A stretch of DNA of 64,000 bases from Chitinophagales bacterium. Its GTDB lineage: Bacteria; Bacteroidota; Bacteroidia; Chitinophagales; JADJOU01. The position numbers and the translations under genes were made by a program. Position 1 is the stretch's first letter. Each line of letters begins with the position of its first letter. The notes beneath the pieces were generated by a model that was given only the letters and a program-made list of their open reading frames with translations, was not told where the DNA came from and ran no database searches. This document shows, piece by piece, positions 47,640 to 56,020 of the stretch. The stretch is from the NCBI GenBank assembly GCA_030832185.1, contig JAURJQ010000011.1, positions 16,339 through 80,338 of the forward strand. Direction: 5' to 3'.

Positions 47640-49010
47640 TCAACTTCTGTTAAATTCTAATCTTTCACCCTTGGAATCATTTATAATTTTACCGTTTTGC
47701 TGCATTAATATTCCGCTTACAAAAGTATGATCAATACTATGAGAAAAGCTATGTCCTTCAAATGGACTCCAGCCGCATTTATAGGCAATATTATCTTTAG
47801 ATACTAAATAGTTTTTATTTGGATTTACAAGTACGAGATCTGCATAATAACCCTCTCGTATATAGCCTCTATCTTTTATTTCGAAAAGATCGGCTACTTT
47901 ATGAGACATTTTATCTACTAACATTTCTATGCTTATTTTCCCCTCTTTTACCTTTTCTAGCATCATTAAAAGTGGATGCTGAATGAGTGGCACTCCTGCT
48001 GGACAATTTGGGTAAACACCAGATTTCTCTTCCCATGTATGAGGTGCATGATCGGTGGCTATGACATCTATGTTCCCATTAAGAAGACCTTGCCATAATG
48101 CCTCTCTATCTTCTTTCGTTTTTATTGCAGGATTACAAACGATTTTATTTCCGTATTTTTCATAATCTTGATCGCTAAACCATAAATGATGCACGCAGGC
48201 TTCGGCAGTGATTCGTTTATCTTTTAAAGGTATTTTTTCAAATAATTCTACCTCTTCTTTGGTCGATATATGGAGGATATGAAGTCTAGAATTATGCCTT
48301 TTGGCAAGTTCTATAGCTTTTTTAGAAGAAGCAAGGCAGGCCTCTCTGTCACGAATAATAGGATGAAATTTGGAATTATGCTCGTTCTTGTAAATTACTT
48401 TTTGAGCTATAATCATGTCTTCGTCCTCACAATGTGTAGCAATAATCGTAGGAGAATATTCGAAAATATCAGAGAGTGTCTTTTTATTATCCACGAGCAT
48501 GTTTCCTGTCGAACTGCCCATAAAGATCTTTACACCACAAGAATCTAAAGGGTTGAGGCGTTTGATATCTTCTATATTATTATTGCTAGCACCAAAGAAA
48601 AATGAATAGTTTGCGACAGAAGTTAGCGCTGCTATAGTATATTTTTCTTCTAATTTTTCTTTAGTTAAGGTTGCAGGGTTTGTATTTGGCATTTCCATAT
48701 AGGAAGTGACTCCACCTAGCACCGCTGCCCTCGACTCAGATTCGATATTCGCTTTATGCGTTAACCCTGGTTCACGAAAATGAACTTGATCATCAATGAC
48801 GCCAGGAACTAGCCATAATCCTTCTGCATTTATTTCTTTGCATTTATAATCAAGGGAAATATTGCTATCAATTCTCTCTATTCGGCTATTTTTAATGAGA
48901 ATATCATTGGAAAATAATATTCCTTCGTTAATTACAAGCGCTTTTTTAATTAAATAGGTATTGGCCAAAAATTTAGGTTTTTGTAAAAATATAGAAATCT
49001 CTTGCAACAA
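47640..49010 (-). CDS. pyrC: Dihydroorotase-type cyclic amidohydrolase
   Basis: GVIDDQVHFREPG and ATDHAPH motifs. The track start is TTG and the true start is uncertain. Its stop abuts the maf start. Confidence 0.8.
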   Translation of the reverse strand: MLQEISIFLQKPKFLANTYLIKKALVINEGILFSNDILIKNSRIERIDSNISLDYKCKEINAEGLWLVPGVIDDQVHFREPGLTHKANIESESRAAVLGGVTSYMEMPNTNPATLTKEKLEEKYTIAALTSVANYSFFFGASNNNIEDIKRLNPLDSCGVKIFMGSSTGNMLVDNKKTLSDIFEYSPTIIATHCEDEDMIIAQKVIYKNEHNSKFHPIIRDREACLASSKKAIELAKRHNSRLHILHISTKEEVELFEKIPLKDKRITAEACVHHLWFSDQDYEKYGNKIVCNPAIKTKEDREALWQGLLNGNIDVIATDHAPHTWEEKSGVYPNCPAGVPLIQHPLLMMLEKVKEGKISIEMLVDKMSHKVADLFEIKDRGYIREGYYADLVLVNPNKNYLVSKDNIAYKCGWSPFEGHSFSHSIDHTFVSGILMQQNGKIINDSKGERLEFNRS

Positions 49011-49069
49011 AACTAGATACTTTTTAGAGTCCTTCTTTCGTTCTAGTAGTGAACTAAAATCTTATTCTT

Positions 49070-49891
49070 ATGACTAGTATCATTCAAATTGCCCAATTGG
49101 GCTCCTTAGATGACCTTCTTTTTCGAGGCAAGAATAAAGCCTATGGAGCTTATCAGCTCCGAAAAGAATATGAACACAGGCTGCGAAGAGCTTTTATGCT
49201 TTTTTTTACAGTATTGACCTCTATAGTAATTATCGTGCCAGCTTATCAGAAATTTATGGGTAATTACATTCATGTGGATGGTGGAGTTATTGATGATGGA
49301 CCTATTTATAATCCTACCACTCCCATGGATATGGATACAGAAAAATCAAAAGTAGAACAGACGCCTCTATTACAAGACGTTAAATCAGATCAATTTGTAG
49401 AGCCAGAGATAGTCGAGAGTGTGCCTGAACAAGATTCTAAAACTACAGATGAAATCATTAAGGGTGATGGAGTGATAGCTGCTAATAATAACGATGGACC
49501 AGTATCAACTATTCCTAGCTCCAGTACTTTATTATCAGGGGGTCTTTCAGAAGGTTCTGCTCTAGCTGATCCAGATCCAAGTACGATTTATGATATAGTA
49601 ACAGATGAACCAAAGTTTCCTGGAGATTTACAAGACTACCTAGGCAGAAAAGCAGCATTCCCAGAATTTGAAAAAGATATGGGAATAACTAAAGGTCAAG
49701 TCGTAGTTGGCTTTGTAGTGAATGAAGACGGCAGTTTATCCAATATACATTTGGAATTATCAGATAGAGAAAATTTTAATATTCAAGCACTGAGAGCTAT
49801 TCAATCAATGCCAAGATGGAAACCTGGTAGTAATAATGGACATAAAGTAAAAGTGAATGTTTCCGTTCCCTTCAATTTTGTTTTAGACTGA
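49070..49891 (+). CDS. Energy transducer TonB-family protein
   Basis: N-terminal anchor, acidic/Pro-poor linker, and a C-terminal TonB domain (PKFPGDLQDYL...GQVVVGFVVNEDGSLSNI...). Confidence 0.75.
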   Translation: MTSIIQIAQLGSLDDLLFRGKNKAYGAYQLRKEYEHRLRRAFMLFFTVLTSIVIIVPAYQKFMGNYIHVDGGVIDDGPIYNPTTPMDMDTEKSKVEQTPLLQDVKSDQFVEPEIVESVPEQDSKTTDEIIKGDGVIAANNNDGPVSTIPSSSTLLSGGLSEGSALADPDPSTIYDIVTDEPKFPGDLQDYLGRKAAFPEFEKDMGITKGQVVVGFVVNEDGSLSNIHLELSDRENFNIQALRAIQSMPRWKPGSNNGHKVKVNVSVPFNFVLD

Positions 49892-49958
49892 TTTTTTTTA
49901 GTTTTTATATTTTCAGAAGGGAGGGGTGATTTTTACCTCTCTCTTTTTTTTATTTTTC

Positions 49959-50975
49959 CTAACTAATTATCTTCAATATCATCTCAAAAAGAATATCTCT
50001 GTATGATAGGGTAGAGCCAGCCATTCCCTTGCGGCGCATATCGTATTCAGCTAGTGTAGTTAATGCGTTTTCTATCTGAGCCAGGGTATATTTATTCGTG
50101 TATTTTTGTTGCTTATCGAGAAGCCATACAGAATTAGGTGCCATACCTATATCTGCTGCTAGATTGGGCATACTTTTATCGATGCGCTGCGCTAGTTTGA
50201 TTTGGTAGAGAGTTTTAAAGAATGGAAACAAAATACCAACTAGTAATTCAAAGGGCCAAACCTTTTCATTTTTGATGTAGTAGTCCAGAATTTTAAATAT
50301 GGTCTTCGCGTTTTTCTCCCCTAAAGCCGCTGTAAAGTCAAAGATTGCATAGTCTTTCATAATGCCAAAACTCTGCTGAATATCTTGTGAAGTAATTGGT
50401 TTTTCTGCAGGATGAGAGATGATAAGCTTACCTATTTCATTGTGTATGCGCTCTAAGTTGGTGCCAGAATATTCAATAATGGTTTGAACGGCTTCTGTCT
50501 GTATTGTATAACCTGCTGTTTTAAATTCATTTTGAATCCATTTTGGCATATCCTTCTCCTTGAGCAGTTCTGATTTGAAAACGGTGGCCAACTTTGTAGG
50601 CATTTTACGCTCTAATGATTTCGTATTCTTAAAGACAAGAACCAGAATAGTAGAGTCTAACGGCTTTTCTAAATAGCGATAGAGTATATTCATTTTTTTA
50701 GCACAATCTTGTGCTTCTCTTATGACTACTAGTTGACGAGGATTTGCTGTAAATGACATAGGAACAGTCATACAAAGGTCTCTCATGGAAGCCATATTGA
50801 CATCACGCCCATAGAATACATTTTGACAAAAGCTTCGCTCGCTTTCTTCAAGTGCATTTTCTGTAATGAGATCGGCTAAATAGTCTATGAAAAATGGCTC
50901 TTCCCCATAAAATATATAGGTTCCTTTTATATCTTTTTTCTTTATACTTTTTACTAAATCTTCTAGCGCAGCCAT
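49959..50975 (-). CDS. holA: DNA polymerase III subunit delta
   Basis: YIFYGEEPFFIDYLADLI and VVIREAQ blocks. ATG at 50975 (MAALEDL) is preferred over the upstream TTG of the track. Confidence 0.8.
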   Translation of the reverse strand: MAALEDLVKSIKKKDIKGTYIFYGEEPFFIDYLADLITENALEESERSFCQNVFYGRDVNMASMRDLCMTVPMSFTANPRQLVVIREAQDCAKKMNILYRYLEKPLDSTILVLVFKNTKSLERKMPTKLATVFKSELLKEKDMPKWIQNEFKTAGYTIQTEAVQTIIEYSGTNLERIHNEIGKLIISHPAEKPITSQDIQQSFGIMKDYAIFDFTAALGEKNAKTIFKILDYYIKNEKVWPFELLVGILFPFFKTLYQIKLAQRIDKSMPNLAADIGMAPNSVWLLDKQQKYTNKYTLAQIENALTTLAEYDMRRKGMAGSTLSYRDILFEMILKIIS

Positions 50976-51058
50976 AGGTGTGACAAAACTAGTGAAAATG
51001 ATTTTCGAACCTCCCAAAAAAGGGAGTTATGAGAGAAAAAAATACTAACTACCTTACT

Positions 51059-51511
51059 TTACTGAACGATTCTTTCATCGGCCATTTGGTAATAAATTGT
51101 TCTAGCATGGTATACCGCTAAAATTTCTTCCTTTGATTTATTCTGAATCATAGGCCTATCACAATCATTTTGGAGTCTTTGCAATATGATATCTATTGGG
51201 GTGTCTAAAAAGATGACTTTTCCCTTGGACTTTAGGGTCATTATGAGATCATTATAGCAGGGAAGACCTCCACCACAGCTTATAACTGTGGGTTTATCAT
51301 CGAGATTATCTATCCATTGTTCCTCTAAAGCTCTAAAATAGGACTCATTTTTAGTCTCAAATATGGCAGAAATAGACATACCTTCTTGCTTTTCTAGTTC
51401 AGCATCGCTGTCTAGTAAGGGTAGGTTTAGTTTTTGCGCTAGGCCCTTGGCTAATTGGGTTTTTCCGGCAGCCATAAATCCAATAATAAATAGTTTTTTC
51501 GGAATGGGCAC
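51059..51511 (-). CDS. aroK: Shikimate kinase
   Basis: IIGFMAAGKTQLAKGLA P-loop followed by LLDSD. GTG start. Confidence 0.85.
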   Translation of the reverse strand: MPIPKKLFIIGFMAAGKTQLAKGLAQKLNLPLLDSDAELEKQEGMSISAIFETKNESYFRALEEQWIDNLDDKPTVISCGGGLPCYNDLIMTLKSKGKVIFLDTPIDIILQRLQNDCDRPMIQNKSKEEILAVYHARTIYYQMADERIVQ

Positions 51512-51520
51512 TTGAGGAAT

Positions 51521-52498
51521 TTAGCTGAGAAGAAACTGTATAGTATCTGCACCATCTGCATAATCTGCCAGCTGCGGTGATTGCCCTTTACCATAAGGAA
51601 TGTAGCCTCTACCTATGACGCACTGAATATCTTCTTTATACAATTCGAGGTCTGATTTAAATTCTTTTTCATCTTCGAAAATTTCATAGTGGAGGACGGA
51701 TATCGAGGAGAAAAGACCTTTATCGGGTTTTAGCATCAAGAAATTATTGCTGAGGTGCTCTATTCTATTGAGAAGTAGTAAGGTTCTTTGATAGTCATAG
51801 TTATTCATATATTTACTATGCTGAAAAAATCGGTTATACTTTTCACTTGCTTCGAATATTCTACTCAGTTCAAAGCCTTTTTCTATCCATAGTTTAGACA
51901 CATTTCGGCAGCCTAGTCCGAAGTACAAAAAAATATCATCTATTAGAAAGTCTAATTCTTCTTCTGTCATATCTTTATGCACAACGGCTATTGAAGTTCT
52001 ATTTTTTCGTAGAATAGATTTATACTTCTTGAAGTAGAGCTCAAAATAATGGTAAGATGTATTGGACCCTGTAGCTATAATTTTGTCGTAATTCTCTATG
52101 CGCTCGATTATCTGCATGCGCTCAGCCCATACACTATCTATTTTACACCAAATATCTAGGACAGCTTTAGTTAATAGGTTGTCTTTAGAAGATAACTTGA
52201 TAGAGACTCGACTGGCGGCGAAATAGGCGCACAAAATATCATGAAATCCAACTAAAGGAATGTTTCCTGCTGGAATTATGGCAACATGATCTTTCTCCAC
52301 TAATGGATAATTCTCTAGCCAATTCCTGAGTGCTTTTTCATCTAGATAGTTCTCTGTGATACTATGTATGCTTAGTTGCACAAATTCTGGTGTGAACCAA
52401 TTATTCTGACCTTCAATAAGATAAAGAAAATCGGAGTCTTGGGCTAAGTTTTTTAACTCCTGTGTTAATTGTTTTAGTACTTCGATTTTTGACTCCAC
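51521..52498 (-). CDS. LuxC-like acyl-CoA reductase family protein
   Basis: IIPAGNIPLVGFHDILCAY and LYFGLGCRNVSKLW blocks match what I recall of Bacteroidota acyl-CoA reductase (LuxC) annotations. Confidence 0.55.
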   Translation of the reverse strand: MESKIEVLKQLTQELKNLAQDSDFLYLIEGQNNWFTPEFVQLSIHSITENYLDEKALRNWLENYPLVEKDHVAIIPAGNIPLVGFHDILCAYFAASRVSIKLSSKDNLLTKAVLDIWCKIDSVWAERMQIIERIENYDKIIATGSNTSYHYFELYFKKYKSILRKNRTSIAVVHKDMTEEELDFLIDDIFLYFGLGCRNVSKLWIEKGFELSRIFEASEKYNRFFQHSKYMNNYDYQRTLLLLNRIEHLSNNFLMLKPDKGLFSSISVLHYEIFEDEKEFKSDLELYKEDIQCVIGRGYIPYGKGQSPQLADYADGADTIQFLLS

Positions 52499-53262
52499 TA
52501 TCCTCGTTTCGGAAAATTAAAATATCTGGATGTTACTAGAGGTACAAAAAAGATAACTGCTGTCAATATCGATAAATAGGTTTCTACCGTATGGCTTGTC
52601 ATAAAAAGAGTTGCCTTGCTTTCAGGATAGAAATGTTCGAATATGGAAAAACTCAACTTACATCCTAAAATAAAAATAACGATAAAGGCGGATGTCTCAA
52701 GAAAAGGATAATGATTCATTAATTTATTAAAATATGTGGCTACAAACCGCATAGATAAAATACCTATAAATACGCCAAGACAGACCAATAGTATATTGGG
52801 AGTGAAAGCCACTGCGGCGAATACATTGTCTACCGAAAAGGCTATATCTATAAGCTCTACCATAACTACAGTTGTCCAGAATACTCCTAAATATCGTTCC
52901 AGTATGCCATGCATAGCGCTGCGCTCTACTTCATGTACTTCATCTTCATATTTTTCTTGATTTTTATCCTTCCACCATGTATAGACCATGTATAGAAGAT
53001 ACAAACCTCCTAAAGGTTTTAGCCACCATATTTTGATGATAAACGAAGCGAATAGTAATGCCAGCCCTCGGAAGATATATGCACCAATAATACCATATTT
53101 TAGCGCCTTGTCTCTTTGATCTTCTCGCAGTGGTCTTACCATAATAGCTAGTACAGTCGCGTTGTCGAGCGATAGGAGACTTTCGATTAAGATGAGATTC
53201 AGCACAATCATCAATGATGGAATTGGCTGAGATACTATTTGGTTTATTTCCTCAGTAAACAC
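52498..53262 (-). CDS. TerC/DUF475-family integral membrane protein
   Basis: Duplicated SLDNA / SVDNV motifs within TM helices. GTG start. Confidence 0.7.
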   Translation of the reverse strand: MFTEEINQIVSQPIPSLMIVLNLILIESLLSLDNATVLAIMVRPLREDQRDKALKYGIIGAYIFRGLALLFASFIIKIWWLKPLGGLYLLYMVYTWWKDKNQEKYEDEVHEVERSAMHGILERYLGVFWTTVVMVELIDIAFSVDNVFAAVAFTPNILLVCLGVFIGILSMRFVATYFNKLMNHYPFLETSAFIVIFILGCKLSFSIFEHFYPESKATLFMTSHTVETYLSILTAVIFFVPLVTSRYFNFPKRG

Positions 53263-53324
53263 TATAAATAATTTAGTATGAAAGTTTTAGCCTAAAGCAC
53301 AAAGCTAGTTAAACAAATCCTTTA

Positions 53325-54083
53325 CTAGGCCTCAGTTATAGCAGCACCAGCATAGATTCTATTCATGCGGGCTATATTGCTAAGCGAGATACCTTTAGGA
53401 CACTCAGCTTCGCAGGCTCCGGTATTGGTGCAATTTCCAAATCCTTCTGCATCCATTTGCGCTACCATTTTGAGAGCTCTCTCTTGCGACTCTACTTTTC
53501 CCTGAGGTAGTAGGTCTAACTGAGAAATCTTCGCAGAGGTAAAAAGCATTGCTGATGCATTTTTACAAGCAGCCACGCAGGCTCCGCAGCCGATACACAT
53601 AGCAGCTTCAAAAGATAAATCAGCATCTTTTTTCGGTATTGGGATTGCATTAGCATCTATAGTTCTGCCGCTTGTATTGACATTGACATAGCCACCTGCT
53701 TGTATGATTCTATCAAAAGCACTTCTATCGACTACGAGGTCTTTCACAACTGGAAAGGCTTTCGCTCTCCATGGCTCTATGTATATAGTTTCTCCATCTT
53801 TGAATTTCCGCATGTGTAGTTGACAGGTAGTAACTCTGTCATCTGGTCCATGGGGACGACCATTAATATGAAGGCTGCACATACCACATATTCCTTCTCT
53901 ACAGTCATGATCAAAGGCTATAGGTTCGTCTCCATCATTGATAAGCTTCTCATTGAGCACATCCATCATTTCTAGAAAGGACATATCTGGTTCTATACCA
54001 GAAATGGCATAATCTTTCATTGCACCTTGAGCTTTGTTATTCTCTTGTCTCCAAATTTTTAGTTTCAGATTCATTCCTGACAT
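53325..54083 (-). CDS. sdhB: Succinate dehydrogenase/fumarate reductase iron-sulfur subunit
   Basis: [15 protein letters not shown] (2Fe-2S), [11 protein letters not shown] and [14 protein letters not shown] cluster motifs. The start [13 protein letters not shown] is preferred (54083, or 54074). Confidence 0.85.
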   Translation of the reverse strand: MSGMNLKLKIWRQENNKAQGAMKDYAISGIEPDMSFLEMMDVLNEKLINDGDEPIAFDHDCREGICGMCSLHINGRPHGPDDRVTTCQLHMRKFKDGETIYIEPWRAKAFPVVKDLVVDRSAFDRIIQAGGYVNVNTSGRTIDANAIPIPKKDADLSFEAAMCIGCGACVAACKNASAMLFTSAKISQLDLLPQGKVESQERALKMVAQMDAEGFGNCTNTGACEAECPKGISLSNIARMNRIYAGAAITEA

Positions 54084-54211
54084 GGGTAGTATATTTTTGA
54101 TATTTCCACAAATGTACATAAAATTTTCCTTCATAGTTGTGCATTATTATTTATTATCAAAATGTTGAAAAAAACAGCTTGACACTCTAATTTTTATTTT
54201 AATTTTACCAT

Positions 54212-54511
54212 ATGAATTTTTCTTCTGGAAACTTAAAAAAACTCGAGACTCTGCTTAAGGATGCGGGCTACGTGCTGAGATATGAGAAAGGAAATTTTAA
54301 TTCGGGATATTGTCTTCTCAAGGATAAGAAAGTAGTCATTATTAATAAGTATTTTACAGATGATGTCAAGTTTCAAAAACTAATAGATATTATACAGATA
54401 GTTGATTTTAAAGATGTTATAGGTCTAACAGAAGCTAGTCTGAAAACATGGGAGAAATTATTCCCAGCAAAAGTAGTTGAAAATTTGATTCCATTTCTAG
54501 ATGGAGAATAA
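54212..54511 (+). CDS. Hypothetical 99-aa protein
   Basis: The ORF has an ATG start and overlaps the downstream MBL gene by 11 nt. I recognise no motif. Confidence 0.5.
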   Translation: MNFSSGNLKKLETLLKDAGYVLRYEKGNFNSGYCLLKDKKVVIINKYFTDDVKFQKLIDIIQIVDFKDVIGLTEASLKTWEKLFPAKVVENLIPFLDGE

Positions 54512-55268
54512 AATCCTATTTTTAGGAACAGGAACATCTGTAGGAGTCCCTATGGTAGGCTGCCCATGTGAGGTATGCAAGAGTGATGATGAGCGAGACA
54601 AGCGATTGCGTACTTCTGCCCTTATAAAATATAAGGACAGAAACCTTCTTCTAGATATAGGTCCTGATTTCCGCGCACAGATGCTGACTCATAAAATATC
54701 TCGCATAGATGCCGTATTGCTCACTCATCCTCATCGTGATCATATAGCTGGTTTTGATGAGATTAGAGCCTTAAATTTCTTGTATGATACCAAAGTTGAT
54801 CTCTTTGCCAATTCCTTTACCTGGGAAAGTTTGAAAAAGCAGTTTTACTATGCTTTTATGGAATCTGATTATACCTCTGTACCAAAAGTAGATTATACGG
54901 AAATTAGCAGCGATACCTTTCTTGTGAATGATATTGAAATCCTACCTATATCTGTTCTGCATGGTAAAATGCCTTGCATAGGTTATCGTATTGGAAATAT
55001 AGCTTATATCACAGATGCTAATTTTATAGCAGAAGAGGAAATGGATAAACTAGCTGACCTAGATATTTTAATTCTCAACGCACTTCGTAAATACCATCAT
55101 CCTAGTCATTTTACCTTAGACGAATCGCTTGAAGTTATAAAAAGATTGAAACCTAAAAAAGCCTATCTCATTCATCTCAGTCACCATATGGGTAAGCATG
55201 AATTAGTAGAAATCGAACTGCCAGAAAATGTATTTTTAGCCTACGATGGGTTGCAGGTAAAATTTTAA
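54501..55268 (+). CDS. MBL-fold metallo-hydrolase (PhnP/GPMBL-like)
   Basis: FLGTGTSVGVP start, CxCxxC (CPCEVC), and the HPHRDHIAG (HxHxDH) motif. Confidence 0.85.
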   Translation: MENKILFLGTGTSVGVPMVGCPCEVCKSDDERDKRLRTSALIKYKDRNLLLDIGPDFRAQMLTHKISRIDAVLLTHPHRDHIAGFDEIRALNFLYDTKVDLFANSFTWESLKKQFYYAFMESDYTSVPKVDYTEISSDTFLVNDIEILPISVLHGKMPCIGYRIGNIAYITDANFIAEEEMDKLADLDILILNALRKYHHPSHFTLDESLEVIKRLKPKKAYLIHLSHHMGKHELVEIELPENVFLAYDGLQVKF

Positions 55269-55283
55269 AGTTCAAAGTAATTT

Positions 55284-55306
55284 CTAGCTACTAGCTACTA
55301 GTGACT
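55284..55306. repeat. Tandem CTAGCTA/CTAGTGA heptamers (AGT-word element)
   Basis: ctagcta ctagcta ctagtga ct lies between two convergent genes. The 11-mer tactagtgact (55296-55306) recurs at 57694-57704. Confidence 0.6.
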
Positions 55307-55307
55307 A

Positions 55308-55646
55308 TTAACTAATATATCGTTTCCAAGCCCACCATTTTCTTATCTTTAGGTAGTCAAAGTCTGATTCACTGACATATGCCTCCTTTTCAAATGGAAT
55401 ACTTAAATAGGCTTGCATGCGGGTTTTACTCTTAACTCTATAATAAAAATAGAATCCTATATATAAAACATAAAATGGAATAATAAAAAGCTCTAACTGC
55501 TGCCGAATGTGAATTTTTTCATGATGAATGGTGACCTCACTTTCCTTTGTTTCCACATTTCGAACGAGGATAAATGGCCATAAAGCCAAGGCATTGATAT
55601 ATTTCCCTGCGACTATACGTAAAAATAATGGTACAACAAGTATCAC
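55308..55646 (-). CDS. Small membrane protein with HExxH motif (putative minimal metalloprotease-like protein)
   Basis: GTG start in a GTGA overlap with the upstream ORF. ALALWPFILV is followed by TIHHEKIHIRQQLE (H-E-K-I-H), a TM helix IIPFYVLYIGFYFYY, and a FEKEAY block. Confidence 0.55.
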   Translation of the reverse strand: MILVVPLFLRIVAGKYINALALWPFILVRNVETKESEVTIHHEKIHIRQQLELFIIPFYVLYIGFYFYYRVKSKTRMQAYLSIPFEKEAYVSESDFDYLKIRKWWAWKRYIS

Positions 55647-55873
55647 AGTTTAAACATACTTAAAAAGCCTTTTAAATGACCATAGTTGAGGATTTCTAAT
55701 AGACTGAATATATCTAGTGGTAGGTTAAGCTCTTTTGTTTTCTGACTAATTATGTCTTTGAATTTAGTTATAAATTGGTCAGGATCTTCTAACCATGGTT
55801 GAATACTTTCTATAAACAACTTATGGGTAGTTTCATTTTTTTCATTGGGAAGATTATAAATATAATCTTTCAA
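55643..55873 (-). CDS. Hypothetical 76-codon ORF with only a TTG start (possibly the 3' part of an interrupted gene)
   Basis: There is no internal ATG near the 5' end. The frame stays open upstream through 12 more codons to a TAA at 55910-55912, beyond which an ATG-initiated 33-codon ORF is in the same frame. Confidence 0.4.
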   Translation of the reverse strand: MKDYIYNLPNEKNETTHKLFIESIQPWLEDPDQFITKFKDIISQKTKELNLPLDIFSLLEILNYGHLKGFLSMFKL

Positions 55874-55909
55874 ATCATTAATTTTACCTTTAATAAATAA
55901 TTTTTTTGC

Positions 55910-56011
55910 TTATTCTCTTATTTCTTTAGAGATGGAATCACTTAAAGTATCCGAGGCTGAAAAGCTAGGATTCATTTCTATTATAATATCACGGATAATG
56001 TCTAGAAGCAT
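55910..56011 (-). CDS. 33-codon ORF directly after porX (possibly the 5' part of an interrupted gene)
   Basis: ATG at 56011 is 9 nt after the porX stop. It encodes MLLDIIRDIIIEMNPSFSASDTLSDSISKEIRE then TAA, in frame with the 55643..55873 ORF. Confidence 0.3.
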   Translation of the reverse strand: MLLDIIRDIIIEMNPSFSASDTLSDSISKEIRE

Positions 56012-56020
56012 AGGTTATCA

